This document shows positions 22,978 through 32,729 of a stretch of 64,000 bases of DNA, piece by piece; positions within the stretch are counted from its first letter, which is position 1; every line of letters begins with the position of its first letter. The notes beneath the pieces were generated by a model that saw only the letters and a list, made by a program, of their open reading frames with translations, was not told the origin of the DNA and did not search any database. Source of the stretch: Candidatus Eiseniibacteriota bacterium (GTDB lineage: Bacteria > Eisenbacteria > RBG-16-71-46 > CAVPCR01); contig CAVPCR010000001.1 in assembly GCA_963702435.1 (NCBI GenBank), forward strand, positions 672,001 to 736,000. Direction: 5' to 3'. Both the position numbers and the translations under genes were made by a program.

Positions 22978-24978
22978 TCATCCGACGGGGGTCAGGAGAC
23001 CCTCGATCTCGCTCCAGATCTCGTCGTCCTGGAACAGGTTCTGGCGGATCGATCCCGACGGACACGAGGCCACGCAGGTGCCGCAGCCCTTGCACAGCGC
23101 CTCGTTGAGCGATGCCTTCTTCTTCGTTTCGTCGTAGGAGATCGCCGAGTACGGGCAGAGCGGGACGCAGGACTTGCACCCCGAGCACTCCTCCTCGACG
23201 ATATAGGCGGTATTCGGTTCGAGCTCCTTCGAGCCCGAGTCGATCAGCACGAGCGCCTGCGCGGCCGCCGCCCCGGCCTGGGCGACCGTGTCGGGGATGT
23301 CGCGCGGACCCTGGCAGGCGCCGGCGATGTAGACCCCGTCGGTAAAGGTGTCGACCGGCGCGAGCTTCGGATGCCGCTCGAGGAAGAAGCCCTCTTTAGA
23401 GCAGGACATGTTGAAGAGCCGCCGCACGTCCTGCGCATCCGGCTGCGGCTCGAGCCCGGTCGAGAGCACGACCATGTCGACCGGGATGCGGCGAACGACG
23501 CCGACTAGCGTGTCCTCGACCCGGATGACGAGCTTGCCTTCTTCCTCCGCCGTGAAAGCCCAGTCGCTCACCTCGGCGACGCGACCGCGGATGAAGTGCA
23601 CGCCCTCCTTCAGGACCTTGTCCCAGAACTCCTCGTAGCCCTTCCCCGGCGTCCGCATGTCGATGTAGAAGTTGAAGACCTCGGCCCCGGTGTGCTCCTT
23701 GATGAGGTGCGCGAGCTTGAGCGAATACATGCAGCAGACCCGGCTGCACCAGCGGTTGGTTCGCTCGTCGCGCGAGCCGACGCAATGGATGATCCCGACC
23801 GACGTGGGTGCGCGCCCGTCGCGGAGCACGACCTCGCCGCCGGTCGGTCCGGCGGCGTTCACCAGGCGTTCGACCTCGAGCGCGGTGAAGACGTTCTTGT
23901 ACTTGCCGTAGCCGTAGTAGGGCACTTTCTCGGGCGCCACGGCGCGGAAGCCGGTCGCCACGATGATGGCGCCGACCGCGACCTCGTCGAACGTCTCCTC
24001 CTGCTTGAAGTCGATCGCATCGCGATCGCAGGCCTCGACGCACGACTTCTTGCACTTCCCGGTCTTGAACTCGATGCAGCGCTCGGGGTCGATGAGGACG
24101 ACCTGGGGGGTCGCCTGCGGGAACGGGATGTAGACCGGCTTCCGCTTGCCGAGCCCCTGGTTGAACTCATCGGGGAACTTGGCCTCCTTGAAGGCGCAGG
24201 ACTCGATGCAGGCCAGGCACCCCACGCACAGGCTCGGATCCACGTAGCGCGGCTTGTGCTTCACCTTGATGTTGTAGCTCCCGACGAAGCCGTCCACCTG
24301 GACCACCTCCGAGTAGGTCCAGAGCGTGATGTTCGGGTGGGAGCGGACGGCCGACATCTTCGGCGTCAGGATGCAGGCGGCGCAGTCGAGCGTCGGGAAG
24401 GTCTTGTCGAACTTGGCCATGTGGCCGCCGATCGTCGGCTCGCGCTCGACCAGGTAGACCTTCTTCCCCGCATCGGCCAGCGTGAGCGCGGCGTGGATGC
24501 CGGCGATCCCGCCCCCGACCACGAGCACCGCCGGCGTGACCGGCACCCGCTTCTTCTCGAGGGCGCGATGCAGGCGAACCCGGCGGAGCGCGGCGCGGGC
24601 GAGGTCGATCGCCTTCCGCGTCGCCTCCTCCGGATCGTCATGCACCCAGGAAACGTTCTCCCGGATGTTCACCATCTGGAAGTGGAAGGGATTGAGCCCC
24701 CCCTTCTCGACCGCCTTCCGGAAGGTGTGCTCGTGCAGGAGCGGCGAGCAGGAGGCGACCACCACCCGGTCGAGCCGTTCCTCGCGGATGTCCTTCTGGA
24801 TGAGCTCCTGGCCGGGATCGGAGCACATGTACTTGTACTCGCGGGAGACGACCACCCCGGGAAAGCGCGCCGCTTGGGCGGCGACCCGCTCGACGTCCAC
24901 CTTCCCGGCGATGTTGTGACCGCAGTGACAGATGTAGAACCCGAGGCGCGGCTGCCCGTTCGCATGCAGCTCAGACAT
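22978..24978 (-). CDS. hdrA: Heterodisulfide reductase subunit A (FAD, 4Fe-4S)
   Basis: YICHCGHNI, YMCSDPGQ, SCSPLLHE, GGGIAG, KTFPTLDCAAC, CSRVCCMY, GACQGPRDI, ferredoxin motifs; AGGAGG before ATG 24978. Confidence 0.96.
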   Translation of the reverse strand: MSELHANGQPRLGFYICHCGHNIAGKVDVERVAAQAARFPGVVVSREYKYMCSDPGQELIQKDIREERLDRVVVASCSPLLHEHTFRKAVEKGGLNPFHFQMVNIRENVSWVHDDPEEATRKAIDLARAALRRVRLHRALEKKRVPVTPAVLVVGGGIAGIHAALTLADAGKKVYLVEREPTIGGHMAKFDKTFPTLDCAACILTPKMSAVRSHPNITLWTYSEVVQVDGFVGSYNIKVKHKPRYVDPSLCVGCLACIESCAFKEAKFPDEFNQGLGKRKPVYIPFPQATPQVVLIDPERCIEFKTGKCKKSCVEACDRDAIDFKQEETFDEVAVGAIIVATGFRAVAPEKVPYYGYGKYKNVFTALEVERLVNAAGPTGGEVVLRDGRAPTSVGIIHCVGSRDERTNRWCSRVCCMYSLKLAHLIKEHTGAEVFNFYIDMRTPGKGYEEFWDKVLKEGVHFIRGRVAEVSDWAFTAEEEGKLVIRVEDTLVGVVRRIPVDMVVLSTGLEPQPDAQDVRRLFNMSCSKEGFFLERHPKLAPVDTFTDGVYIAGACQGPRDIPDTVAQAGAAAAQALVLIDSGSKELEPNTAYIVEEECSGCKSCVPLCPYSAISYDETKKKASLNEALCKGCGTCVASCPSGSIRQNLFQDDEIWSEIEGLLTPVG

Positions 24979-25894
24979 GGGCTGGTTCACCTCCTCCCCG
25001 CGCGGCGACCGGCTCCGGCGGCGGCACCAGGATCTTCCGCATGCCGAGATCCGCCGGCTTGAAGCCGAACGCGAGGCCCATGAGCTGCGTGAAGTAGACG
25101 ACCGGCATGGTGAAGTCGTCCCGGTACTGCTTCCGCATCTCGCCCTGGTAGGACTCGAGGTTGAACTGACACAGCGGGCACGTCGTCGCGATGACGGTCG
25201 CGCCCTGGCGCCGGGCCTCCTTGAGCACGTTGTAGCTCATCTCGACCCCGATCTCGTGCACCGTCCCGGTCAAGCTCCCGCCGCAGCAGCGGGTCGCCAG
25301 CGGCCAGCGGATGGTCTCGGCGCCGAGCGCCGCCATCAACTGCTCGAGGGTCTGCGGGTTCCGCATGTCGTCGAAGACGGCGAACGGGCGGACGATCTGG
25401 CAGCCGTAGTAGCAGGCCACCCGGTAACCGGCGAGCGGGCGCGTGACCCGGGCGGTGACGCGCGCGAGCGTCACGTCGTTCACGATCACGTCGAGAGGGT
25501 GCCGCACGCGCGCGGTTCCCTGGTAATCGAGGCCGGCCTCGCGGAGCGCCCCGCCGACCACCCGTTTGACCTCGGGCAGGGTCTCCAGGTAGCGCTGGGT
25601 CTTCATCAGCACGAGGTAGCAGGCGGCGCACGGAGCGACGACCTGGGCGGCCCCGTTCGCCGCTCCGCCGGGTCCCTTCTCGCCGTTCTCGTGCTCGGCG
25701 AGCGCCAGGTTCCGCGCGGCGAGGGCGAAAGCCTTGTTCTCGTCCACCGCCATGTAGGCGGTGGCCCCGCAGCAGTTCCAGTCATCGAGCTCGGCGATCG
25801 GGACCTCGAGCGCCGCCAGGACCCGGAGCAGCGACTCCTCGTACGCCTTCCCGGTGCTCTTGAGCGAACAGCCCGGATAGTAGAGGTACTTCAT
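24971..25894 (-). CDS. hdrB: Heterodisulfide reductase subunit B
   Basis: YYPGCSL, WNCCGA, PCAAC, YYGCQ, RCCGG, TCPLC (two CCG domains). Confidence 0.94.
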   Translation of the reverse strand: MKYLYYPGCSLKSTGKAYEESLLRVLAALEVPIAELDDWNCCGATAYMAVDENKAFALAARNLALAEHENGEKGPGGAANGAAQVVAPCAACYLVLMKTQRYLETLPEVKRVVGGALREAGLDYQGTARVRHPLDVIVNDVTLARVTARVTRPLAGYRVACYYGCQIVRPFAVFDDMRNPQTLEQLMAALGAETIRWPLATRCCGGSLTGTVHEIGVEMSYNVLKEARRQGATVIATTCPLCQFNLESYQGEMRKQYRDDFTMPVVYFTQLMGLAFGFKPADLGMRKILVPPPEPVAARGGGEPAHV

Positions 25895-26538
25895 GGGTGC
25901 GCTTCCTTCTCGGCCCGCTCGACCGCATCCAGGAGCCGCGTGAGCTGCTCCCGGCCCCGGATCGACTCGGCACCGAGCGGCAGTCGCCCGCTCGTCACGA
26001 GCTTCCACCCGAGGCCCATGTCCCGGAAGATCTTGATCAGGTTCGTCCGCCGGTAGAGCGCGGCCATCAGCCGGCTCTCGCTGTTCCGCCCGCGCTTCTC
26101 CACCTGCTTGAAGAACTCGGTGGCGAGGACGGGAGTCGGAAAGCGCTCCGGAAAGACGTTGTCGATGATCGCCTGGCGCTTGAGCGCATACATGACGTCG
26201 GTGATGCGGATCTCGCGCGGGCAATCGACCGTGCAGGAGTAGCACGACGCGCAGATCCAGATGGTGAGACTGCGCAGCGCGTCGTCCTTGAAGCCCTCGC
26301 GGATCATGGCGATGATCTGGCGCGGGGTGTAATCCATGTACGGGCTGACCGGGCAGGTCGCGCTGCAGGTGCCGCACTGGATGCAGCTCCGGAACTTCTC
26401 GCCGTGCGCGAGCTCGGCGACCTGGTCGGCGAAACCCGGATCGAGGTGGGCCTGGAAGGAGATCTGAAGCCGGACTTTTTTGTCCGATTTGCTCGCGATG
26501 AGGGGTAAACCGTAAGGTGAGCGAGAACGCAAGCTCAA
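25891..26538 (-). CDS. hdrC: Heterodisulfide reductase subunit C
   Basis: CIQCGTCSATCP and CASCYSCTVDCP; TTG start after GGAGG (start uncertain). Confidence 0.92.
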   Translation of the reverse strand: MSLRSRSPYGLPLIASKSDKKVRLQISFQAHLDPGFADQVAELAHGEKFRSCIQCGTCSATCPVSPYMDYTPRQIIAMIREGFKDDALRSLTIWICASCYSCTVDCPREIRITDVMYALKRQAIIDNVFPERFPTPVLATEFFKQVEKRGRNSESRLMAALYRRTNLIKIFRDMGLGWKLVTSGRLPLGAESIRGREQLTRLLDAVERAEKEAHP

Positions 26539-26770
26539 GGTAGCGCCTCCCTTTCTCGGCCCAGGCGGCGCTCTCCGCCTCCACACACATCCGTCGCACC
26601 CGCGCGTGTCGCGGGCACCACGCCGGGAATGAGGCTAGCAAACCGTCAACCCTCGTTCATCTCAATTCCGGATCATGGTTGCATCGGCGTGATCGCGCCG
26701 CTTGCACCAACGCATCGACGGTGCTAGCGTTGATAGTTTGCACCTGAAAGCCGCAACGGAGATCTCCACC

Positions 26771-28546
26771 ATGCGCCTGCGCGACCGGAGCGCGTCTCGC
26801 GTCCTCTACCTGCTCCTCGCGGCGGTCCTCCTCGCCGCCGCCCCGGCTCGGGCGCTCGTCGACTTCGATTTCGAGCAGCGCTACTTCATGGAGCCCGGCC
26901 TCATCGCCGCCGACCACGCCATCCTCGTCACCGACGGCGACTATCACCTGATCTACACGGTCGGCTACCAGGGGCAGGGCTGGGGCGAGCCCGGCAACAT
27001 GATCGACTTCGGGCACGCCTCTTCCCCCGATCTCGTGCACTGGACCGTCCATCCGCGCCTCATCACGACCGAGGCGCCCGGCTGGAAGGAGCGCAACGTC
27101 TGGGCCCCGCACATCATGACGAGCTTCGGGGGCGACTTCCTGATCTTCTACACCGGCGTCGACTCCGCCGTCGCGCAGCAGATCGGCGTCTCGGTGTCCC
27201 CCGACCTCTTCGCCTGGGCCGACCATCCGGCGAACCCCGTCTACCGCCCCGACACGACCTGGGCGCTGTGGCAGCCGGGGCAGTGGTCGAACTGCCGCGA
27301 TCCGTTCGTGACCAGGGTCCTGGCGAACTCCCAGTTCGCCATGCTCACGACCGCCTTGACCAAGCCCGGCTACCAGGGGCTCGCGAGCCGGGGTGCGATC
27401 GCGCTCGCCTTCGCGCCCTCCTTCAACGCCGGCGCGTTCGTCGACGCCGGACAACCGCTCTTCGTCAACGACTCCTACCGCGTCCTCGAATCGACGTACA
27501 TGACGCAGCGGAGCGGCCTCTACTACCTGTTCTACAACGAACAGGGGATCCCGGGCGTGCACTACATGACATCGAGCCAGCAGTTCGCAGGCTGGAGCAA
27601 GACGACCGCCCGGCTCTTCGAGTACGAAGGATTCGCCGCCGAGGTCTTCGTCCGCAACAACCAGTGGCTCTTCGCGCGCGTGCGTGACGGCGTGTGGGAC
27701 GGGCTGTCGATTCTCGGCATCAAGATCGATCCCCTGGTCTGGCAGGGATCGACCCCGACCATCGGCACGCAGAACCGCATGTTCGACGACTGGACGATCG
27801 TCTCCGGGAACGCCTTCGCACTGCAGCCCACCTTCGGCGATCGTCCCGGCGAGCGGAGCGGCACGCCGTCCGGCGTCGAGGGCTTCTTCTGGATCGCGAC
27901 CGCCGAGAATCACGCCGGACCGCTCGGCTACGGCTGCCCGGAGTGCCCGCCCGACGAGCAGAAGACCGGCGTCCTCCGCTCGCGGACCTTCACCGTGAGC
28001 GGCGACTACCTCGCCTTCGGGATCGGCGGGGGCGAGGACGCGGATAGCCTCCACGTGCGCCTGGTCCGGGCGGGCGGGGCGGAACAGCGGCGGGCGACCG
28101 GGGCGGGCTCGGATCAACTCCGCACGGTGGTGTGGGACGTGCGCGCGCTCCGGGGGCAATCCGTCTACATCGAGATCGCCGATCTCGCGACGACCGGGCA
28201 TCTGAACGTGGACTGGATCCGCGAGACCGACGAGCCGCCGGTCGCCGTCGGCGACGACGGAGCGCCCCGCGCCGGGCTCTCGATCGTCCCGATCGGGCAG
28301 CCGGGGCCGGCCCCGATCCGCTTCGCGCTCTCCCTCGACCGCGCCGCCCCCGTGCGCTTGACCATCCACGATGCAGGCGGACGCATCGTCCGGCGGCTCG
28401 ACCTCGGACCCTTGCCGGCGGGCAACGGCGCCGCGGTCTGGGACGGCCTGACCGCCGCCGGCCGCCGGGCGCCGGCCGGGGTCTACTTCTACCGGCTCGC
28501 CGCTCCGGGTGCCGCGGCCCGCGGGCGGGTGGTGCTCGCACCGTAG
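26771..28546 (+). CDS. Secreted GH32/GH43-like five-bladed beta-propeller with accessory domain and FlgD-Ig/T9SS-like CTD
   Basis: FGHASSPDLVHW, WAPHI, RDPFV, LES; accessory TGVLRSRTFTVSGDYLAFGIGGG; CTD WDGLTAAGRRAPAGVYFYRL. Confidence 0.75.
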   Translation: MRLRDRSASRVLYLLLAAVLLAAAPARALVDFDFEQRYFMEPGLIAADHAILVTDGDYHLIYTVGYQGQGWGEPGNMIDFGHASSPDLVHWTVHPRLITTEAPGWKERNVWAPHIMTSFGGDFLIFYTGVDSAVAQQIGVSVSPDLFAWADHPANPVYRPDTTWALWQPGQWSNCRDPFVTRVLANSQFAMLTTALTKPGYQGLASRGAIALAFAPSFNAGAFVDAGQPLFVNDSYRVLESTYMTQRSGLYYLFYNEQGIPGVHYMTSSQQFAGWSKTTARLFEYEGFAAEVFVRNNQWLFARVRDGVWDGLSILGIKIDPLVWQGSTPTIGTQNRMFDDWTIVSGNAFALQPTFGDRPGERSGTPSGVEGFFWIATAENHAGPLGYGCPECPPDEQKTGVLRSRTFTVSGDYLAFGIGGGEDADSLHVRLVRAGGAEQRRATGAGSDQLRTVVWDVRALRGQSVYIEIADLATTGHLNVDWIRETDEPPVAVGDDGAPRAGLSIVPIGQPGPAPIRFALSLDRAAPVRLTIHDAGGRIVRRLDLGPLPAGNGAAVWDGLTAAGRRAPAGVYFYRLAAPGAAARGRVVLAP

Positions 28547-28642
28547 TAACGCTGGTAACGCTCTTCGCCGGGAAACGACGAGGGCTCCGCAGCTTCACGC
28601 TGCGGAGCCCTCTGTTGCTGCGGAACCGGTGAGAACGACTGC

Positions 28643-30145
28643 TCAGCGCGAGATCGTGATGTCGTCGAAATCGGACTCGCCGGTCATCGCGTCCATGTTG
28701 CCGAGACCCAGGTAGACGCCGAGCGGCTCCGACCCCTCAAGCAGCGTGAACGTGTGCGAAACCCCGTTCAGCGTGATCGTGAGCCGGTTCCCCGACATCT
28801 GCCAGCGGATGGCGACATCCGTCCACCGCTCGGAGGCGAAGGGGATGTCGAAGGTGTGCACGGGCCAGCGACCACCGTCGATCCGGACGCCGTTCACCTT
28901 GTTGAAGACGACGGCCCGGATCCGTCCCGGCCGCGGGCGATCGAAATCGACTCGCGTCCAGGTGTCGAGCCCGTACTCGCGCCGCGTGAAGCACAGCGGG
29001 CGCGAGCTGATGCCGATGAGATGCCGGCCGGGGCCGGTCTGGGTGAGCTGGTTGTCGTGGAAGCGGACCTTCATCGTCACGCCGCCCGCGTACTCCTTCC
29101 CGTTGCCCATCCAGCGCACGCCCTGCGTGTGATCGCGCATGGCCCCGTAACCACCCCGATCGTAGAAGCGCACGCTGCTCGAATGGGTGCGGACCATCCA
29201 GCCGGTCCAGAAGCCGCTCGTGATGCGCCGGCCGCCGTAGGCGTAGTCCACATCCTGGGGCGGGGTGGCCATGTCCGTACCGGGCGTCACGTCGGTCACC
29301 TTGAGATCGCGGAAGGCGATCGTCTCCTCGCCCGCGCCCGGCTGCCAGCGACCGATGACGAGGTGACGGAACGACTCCTCCCCGGCCAGGAGGTCGATCC
29401 CGGTCCAGGAGTACACCTTGCCGCCCGCCTTGAACTCGAGGTCATCGTTGGCCCCGCCGTCCCGCACGCGCGCGGTGAGCTCCACCTGGTTCCAGCCGGT
29501 GGCGAAGGCCCACGGGATCAGGTACTCGGCGCCCGAGGTCACGTCGCCGGAAGCCGACCGCGACTTCGGCACGATGCGCCAGGCCGACTGCGCCAGCTCG
29601 ACGTCGATCCACTCGGCCTCACCCTGGCCGGCCAGGAGGTTGTCCGTCGAGATGCCGAAGAGCTGGCGGGACGTGATGAACTCCATGTGGCCGAGGACCG
29701 GGAAGGCCTCGGGGAAATAGACCAGTCCCCGGACTTTGAGCTCGCGCGCACCGCGCTGGAAGGGAGGCGAGACCGCCTGATTGGGGAGCGGATCGAAGGA
29801 GATCCACTTCCCGACCTCGGTCTCCGTCCACGACTGCTCGGGAGCCGAGACCATCCAGCCGTCCCACGAGGCATCGTCGTCCTCGAAGAGCGTCACGCCG
29901 TCGATGACGATCTCGTCGTCATCGCTGTCCTCCGGCTGGCCGATGTTCCCGCCCATGGCCGCATAGCCCGCGGTGCGGGGCTCTACGATCTTGTCCGCCT
30001 GCTCGTTCTCGGTCTCGGCACAGCCGGCGAGGGCGAAGAGCGCGATGAGAAGTGCGAGTACAGCGAATGAGGCCGACGACCGGCGCCATGCGCGCGAAGA
30101 GGGGGGAGCGAGGGCCGGGGAAAAGGGGGAGAGGCGCTTCATCAT
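28643..30145 (-). CDS. Lipoprotein A: two tandem jelly-roll-like modules (X+Y), uncharacterised
   Basis: Lipobox LAGC; AGGAGG RBS; module X is homologous to the N-module of 34769..36391; module Y is distantly similar to module Z. Confidence 0.8.
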   Translation of the reverse strand: MMKRLSPFSPALAPPSSRAWRRSSASFAVLALLIALFALAGCAETENEQADKIVEPRTAGYAAMGGNIGQPEDSDDDEIVIDGVTLFEDDDASWDGWMVSAPEQSWTETEVGKWISFDPLPNQAVSPPFQRGARELKVRGLVYFPEAFPVLGHMEFITSRQLFGISTDNLLAGQGEAEWIDVELAQSAWRIVPKSRSASGDVTSGAEYLIPWAFATGWNQVELTARVRDGGANDDLEFKAGGKVYSWTGIDLLAGEESFRHLVIGRWQPGAGEETIAFRDLKVTDVTPGTDMATPPQDVDYAYGGRRITSGFWTGWMVRTHSSSVRFYDRGGYGAMRDHTQGVRWMGNGKEYAGGVTMKVRFHDNQLTQTGPGRHLIGISSRPLCFTRREYGLDTWTRVDFDRPRPGRIRAVVFNKVNGVRIDGGRWPVHTFDIPFASERWTDVAIRWQMSGNRLTITLNGVSHTFTLLEGSEPLGVYLGLGNMDAMTGESDFDDITISR

Positions 30146-30666
30146 TGTGCGAATCCTCCTGAGTTTTTCAGGCGAGGACCGAGGTGCAGGAGGCAGGCGA
30201 CAATGAACCGGACGCTGCCGCGACCGGGAGAGGATGCCGCGCCGCTGCCCGCTTCGCTCCTGCGATGACACCGGGCGCCGCGAGGCACCCGGTTCGGGCA
30301 GCGGCCAGAGCCGCTTCCTGGCCTCTCGAAGAACGACGTCGGACTCGAGGAGAGTCCGCGCCACGGACGCATGCACTATGGCCCCGGCTCGAGAGGAGCC
30401 GGGCCCAGCGGGGGATGCGTGCCGACCCCGAAGCGGGGTCGGCGGGAAAACCCGAGCGGAGCTTTCAGCCCCGCCGGCTCACCTAAAGGAGCCGCCTTGG
30501 GAGAGTTAAGGTCGTGGGTTGGGCCCAGGCTCGTGGCCGGGCCGTCGCCCCTTGGGTCTTTGCGTTTGCCGAACTGGAGCGGCCGAGATACGCGAAGTGC
30601 TTGATCAGCCAGCGTTTGGACGATCCAGGGATCAACGCGGCGAGAAGTAGCCCCCAGGGCTGATGT

Positions 30667-30696
30667 AAGCTAGCATGATCCTTGCCCATCCGGCAA
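30667..30696 (-). promoter_or_regulatory. Candidate sigma70-like promoter TTGCCG-N18-TAGCTT, implying a ~510-nt leader for lipoprotein A
   Basis: Hexamers read on the minus strand; several strong hairpins lie downstream (30383-30403, 30421-30443). Confidence 0.35.
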
Positions 30697-30792
30697 CCAA
30701 AAAACACCGGTAGGCGTCCATTTTCGGCTGCCGGCCGCGATCCAGCTCTCCGTCGCCGGCTTCGCCATCGCCACCGGGCCAGGCGGACGCGG

Positions 30793-32541
30793 TCATCTGA
30801 GGAGCTCGACCCTCCCGCCGACCTCGTCTTCACCCGCGACCAGCCGCGTGAAGTAGACACCGGCCGGCAGGGCGCGTCCCCGGGCGTCCCGGCCGTCCCA
30901 GCGCACGACCTCGTTTTCGGCTACCACCGGCGTGTCCAATAGGACTTTCACGCACCGTCCGGCGGCATCGTGAATCGTGAGGCGGACGCGACCGCCTCGC
31001 CGGCCCGCTTCGCCCACGCCGAATGGAATCGCCACCGCCGAACGGAAGGGATTCGGGAAGGCCGGATCGAGCCGGAGCGCCGCAGGAGACGGATCCCCCG
31101 CGCCGCCTGCGGGCTCCTCCCCCACGCCGGTGGCGAGAAGCGGCGTGAGCGCAATGGCCAGCTCGGTCGTGCGCTCGAAGGCGAGATCGACCGCGACCTG
31201 CCGGGCCTCGTAACCGGGCGCGTACGCCAAGATCTCGTGGCGACCTTCGCCCGTCGCGGCCCCGAAGCGCCCGGTCAGATCGGTGCGCAGACGGCGGCCG
31301 GCGCTCTCGAGACGCACATCGGCCCCCGGGATGGGAAGGCCGGTCGCCGCCGAGGTCACCCGTCCGGCGAGTTCCGCCCAGCGCGCTCCATCGAAGCGGA
31401 ACTGGTAGAGACCGCGCCGGCGATCGCTCGCATAGACGAGCGGATCGCTGCCCGCCCCCAGGGCGACACCCCAGCATCCTTCGAACAGCCCGCCCGGCGC
31501 GGCCGGGTAGGTGTCGAAGTAGCCCACCTCGACCGGACGTTCGGGATCGGCGACGTCGAGCACGCGGAGGCCCGCCTGGTAGTAGCTCACGAAGGCATGC
31601 CGCCCCGAGACGGCCACGTTGTGAATGGCGAGCGCGGGCTGCCCCGCCGCGGCATCGGTCCGCCAGGTGGCAACCAGCTCGAGCGAACTCGCGCCGTCCC
31701 ATCTGTACACCCGCATGCCGCCCGCGACGATGGGACCGCCCGGCCACCAGCTTTCGATCTCGTTCATCACGAGGACATGGCGGCGGTCCGCCGTGGGCCA
31801 GACGCTGTGCGCGTGGTAGTGGGGTCGCGGTCCGGCGTTGGTGTCGGCGGCGGCAAGATGTACCGGGTGCGCCGGGTCGCGCACGTCCCAGATGTGGAAG
31901 CCGCCCCATCCGCCGCCCTCGTAGAGGATGCCGTCGAGCACGGTGATGTCGTGCGCCCCGGCCGTGGTCAGCTCGGCGAGGAGGACGGGCACGAGCGGAT
32001 CGCGGACATCGAAGATGCGCGTGCGCCAGCCGCCGATACCCTCGTGCCCGACCACGTAGAGCGTCTCCCCGTCGATGAACAGGTTGTGCGCGACGTTGAT
32101 GAGCGGGGCGATGATGGCACCGATCACGACCGGCGAAGCCGGGGCGCGCACATCGAGGATGTAGACGGCGATCCCGGTATAGGCCTCATTGGTCAGATAG
32201 GCGCGACCGCCGGCGACCGCGAGGTCGTTCACGACGAGCTGCCCGGGCAGGTTCCAGTCGGCCACCACCCGCATCTCACCCGGGCGCGAGATGTCCACGA
32301 TCGAGAGCCCGCGCGGCCCGCGGCCGACGTAGGCGAAGCTGCCGTCCACGGCCACATCGGTCACGGTCTCGGGGGGACCGAGGTGGACCTGATCGAGGAG
32401 CGCGAGGTGGTAGACCTGCTCCTCCGCTGCGATCGCGTCGGCGGCCGGCGCCGGCCCGGCCAGCGCGAGGGCCGCGCCGGCCGCGAGCACGAGGGCACCG
32501 ACCCGAGGGGATCCAAGACGAGGGAACGGGCATGAGATCAT
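30793..32541 (-). CDS. Secreted LVIVD-repeat (choice-of-anchor B-like) protein with carboxypeptidase-regulatory-like domain and FlgD-Ig/T9SS-like CTD
   Basis: GLSIVDIS, AHNLFID, HAHSVW, IHNVAV, SYYQAGLRVLDV, GCWGV; LAGRVTSAATGLPIPGA; PAFPNPF...WDGRDARGRALPAGVYF. Confidence 0.85.
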   Translation of the reverse strand: MISCPFPRLGSPRVGALVLAAGAALALAGPAPAADAIAAEEQVYHLALLDQVHLGPPETVTDVAVDGSFAYVGRGPRGLSIVDISRPGEMRVVADWNLPGQLVVNDLAVAGGRAYLTNEAYTGIAVYILDVRAPASPVVIGAIIAPLINVAHNLFIDGETLYVVGHEGIGGWRTRIFDVRDPLVPVLLAELTTAGAHDITVLDGILYEGGGWGGFHIWDVRDPAHPVHLAAADTNAGPRPHYHAHSVWPTADRRHVLVMNEIESWWPGGPIVAGGMRVYRWDGASSLELVATWRTDAAAGQPALAIHNVAVSGRHAFVSYYQAGLRVLDVADPERPVEVGYFDTYPAAPGGLFEGCWGVALGAGSDPLVYASDRRRGLYQFRFDGARWAELAGRVTSAATGLPIPGADVRLESAGRRLRTDLTGRFGAATGEGRHEILAYAPGYEARQVAVDLAFERTTELAIALTPLLATGVGEEPAGGAGDPSPAALRLDPAFPNPFRSAVAIPFGVGEAGRRGGRVRLTIHDAAGRCVKVLLDTPVVAENEVVRWDGRDARGRALPAGVYFTRLVAGEDEVGGRVELLR

Positions 32542-32691
32542 GGATCGAAGCACTCCGGGACATGAGATCGAGGGCATCGCGGGCGCGGGGGGGAGAGGGC
32601 CGGAGGGAGGCAGAGCCGATGGCCGGCCGCCGGGAACGAGGGGAGTCTAGCGCAGAAGGCGCGCCGGGCCAAGCGACTACGGCGGGGCGCG

Positions 32692-32720
32692 TTGCCTGAG
32701 CCGGGGCGTGCGGCTAGAAT
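32692..32720 (+). promoter_or_regulatory. Sigma70 promoter TTGCCT-N17-TAGAAT, 9 nt before the gltX ATG (near-leaderless)
   Basis: Direct reading; no SD between the -10 box and ATG 32730. Confidence 0.6.
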
Positions 32721-32729
32721 GCGCGGGCC

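Noticed and set aside
19843..26538. Selenocysteine recoding in Mvh/Hdr subunits
   Set aside because: All relevant positions are Cys and the ORFs have no in-frame TGA.
30550..30580. c-di-GMP-I riboswitch (GGCAAAC/GCAAAG on the minus strand)
   Set aside because: The two motifs abut, with no intervening GNRA-capped stem or downstream receptor stem.
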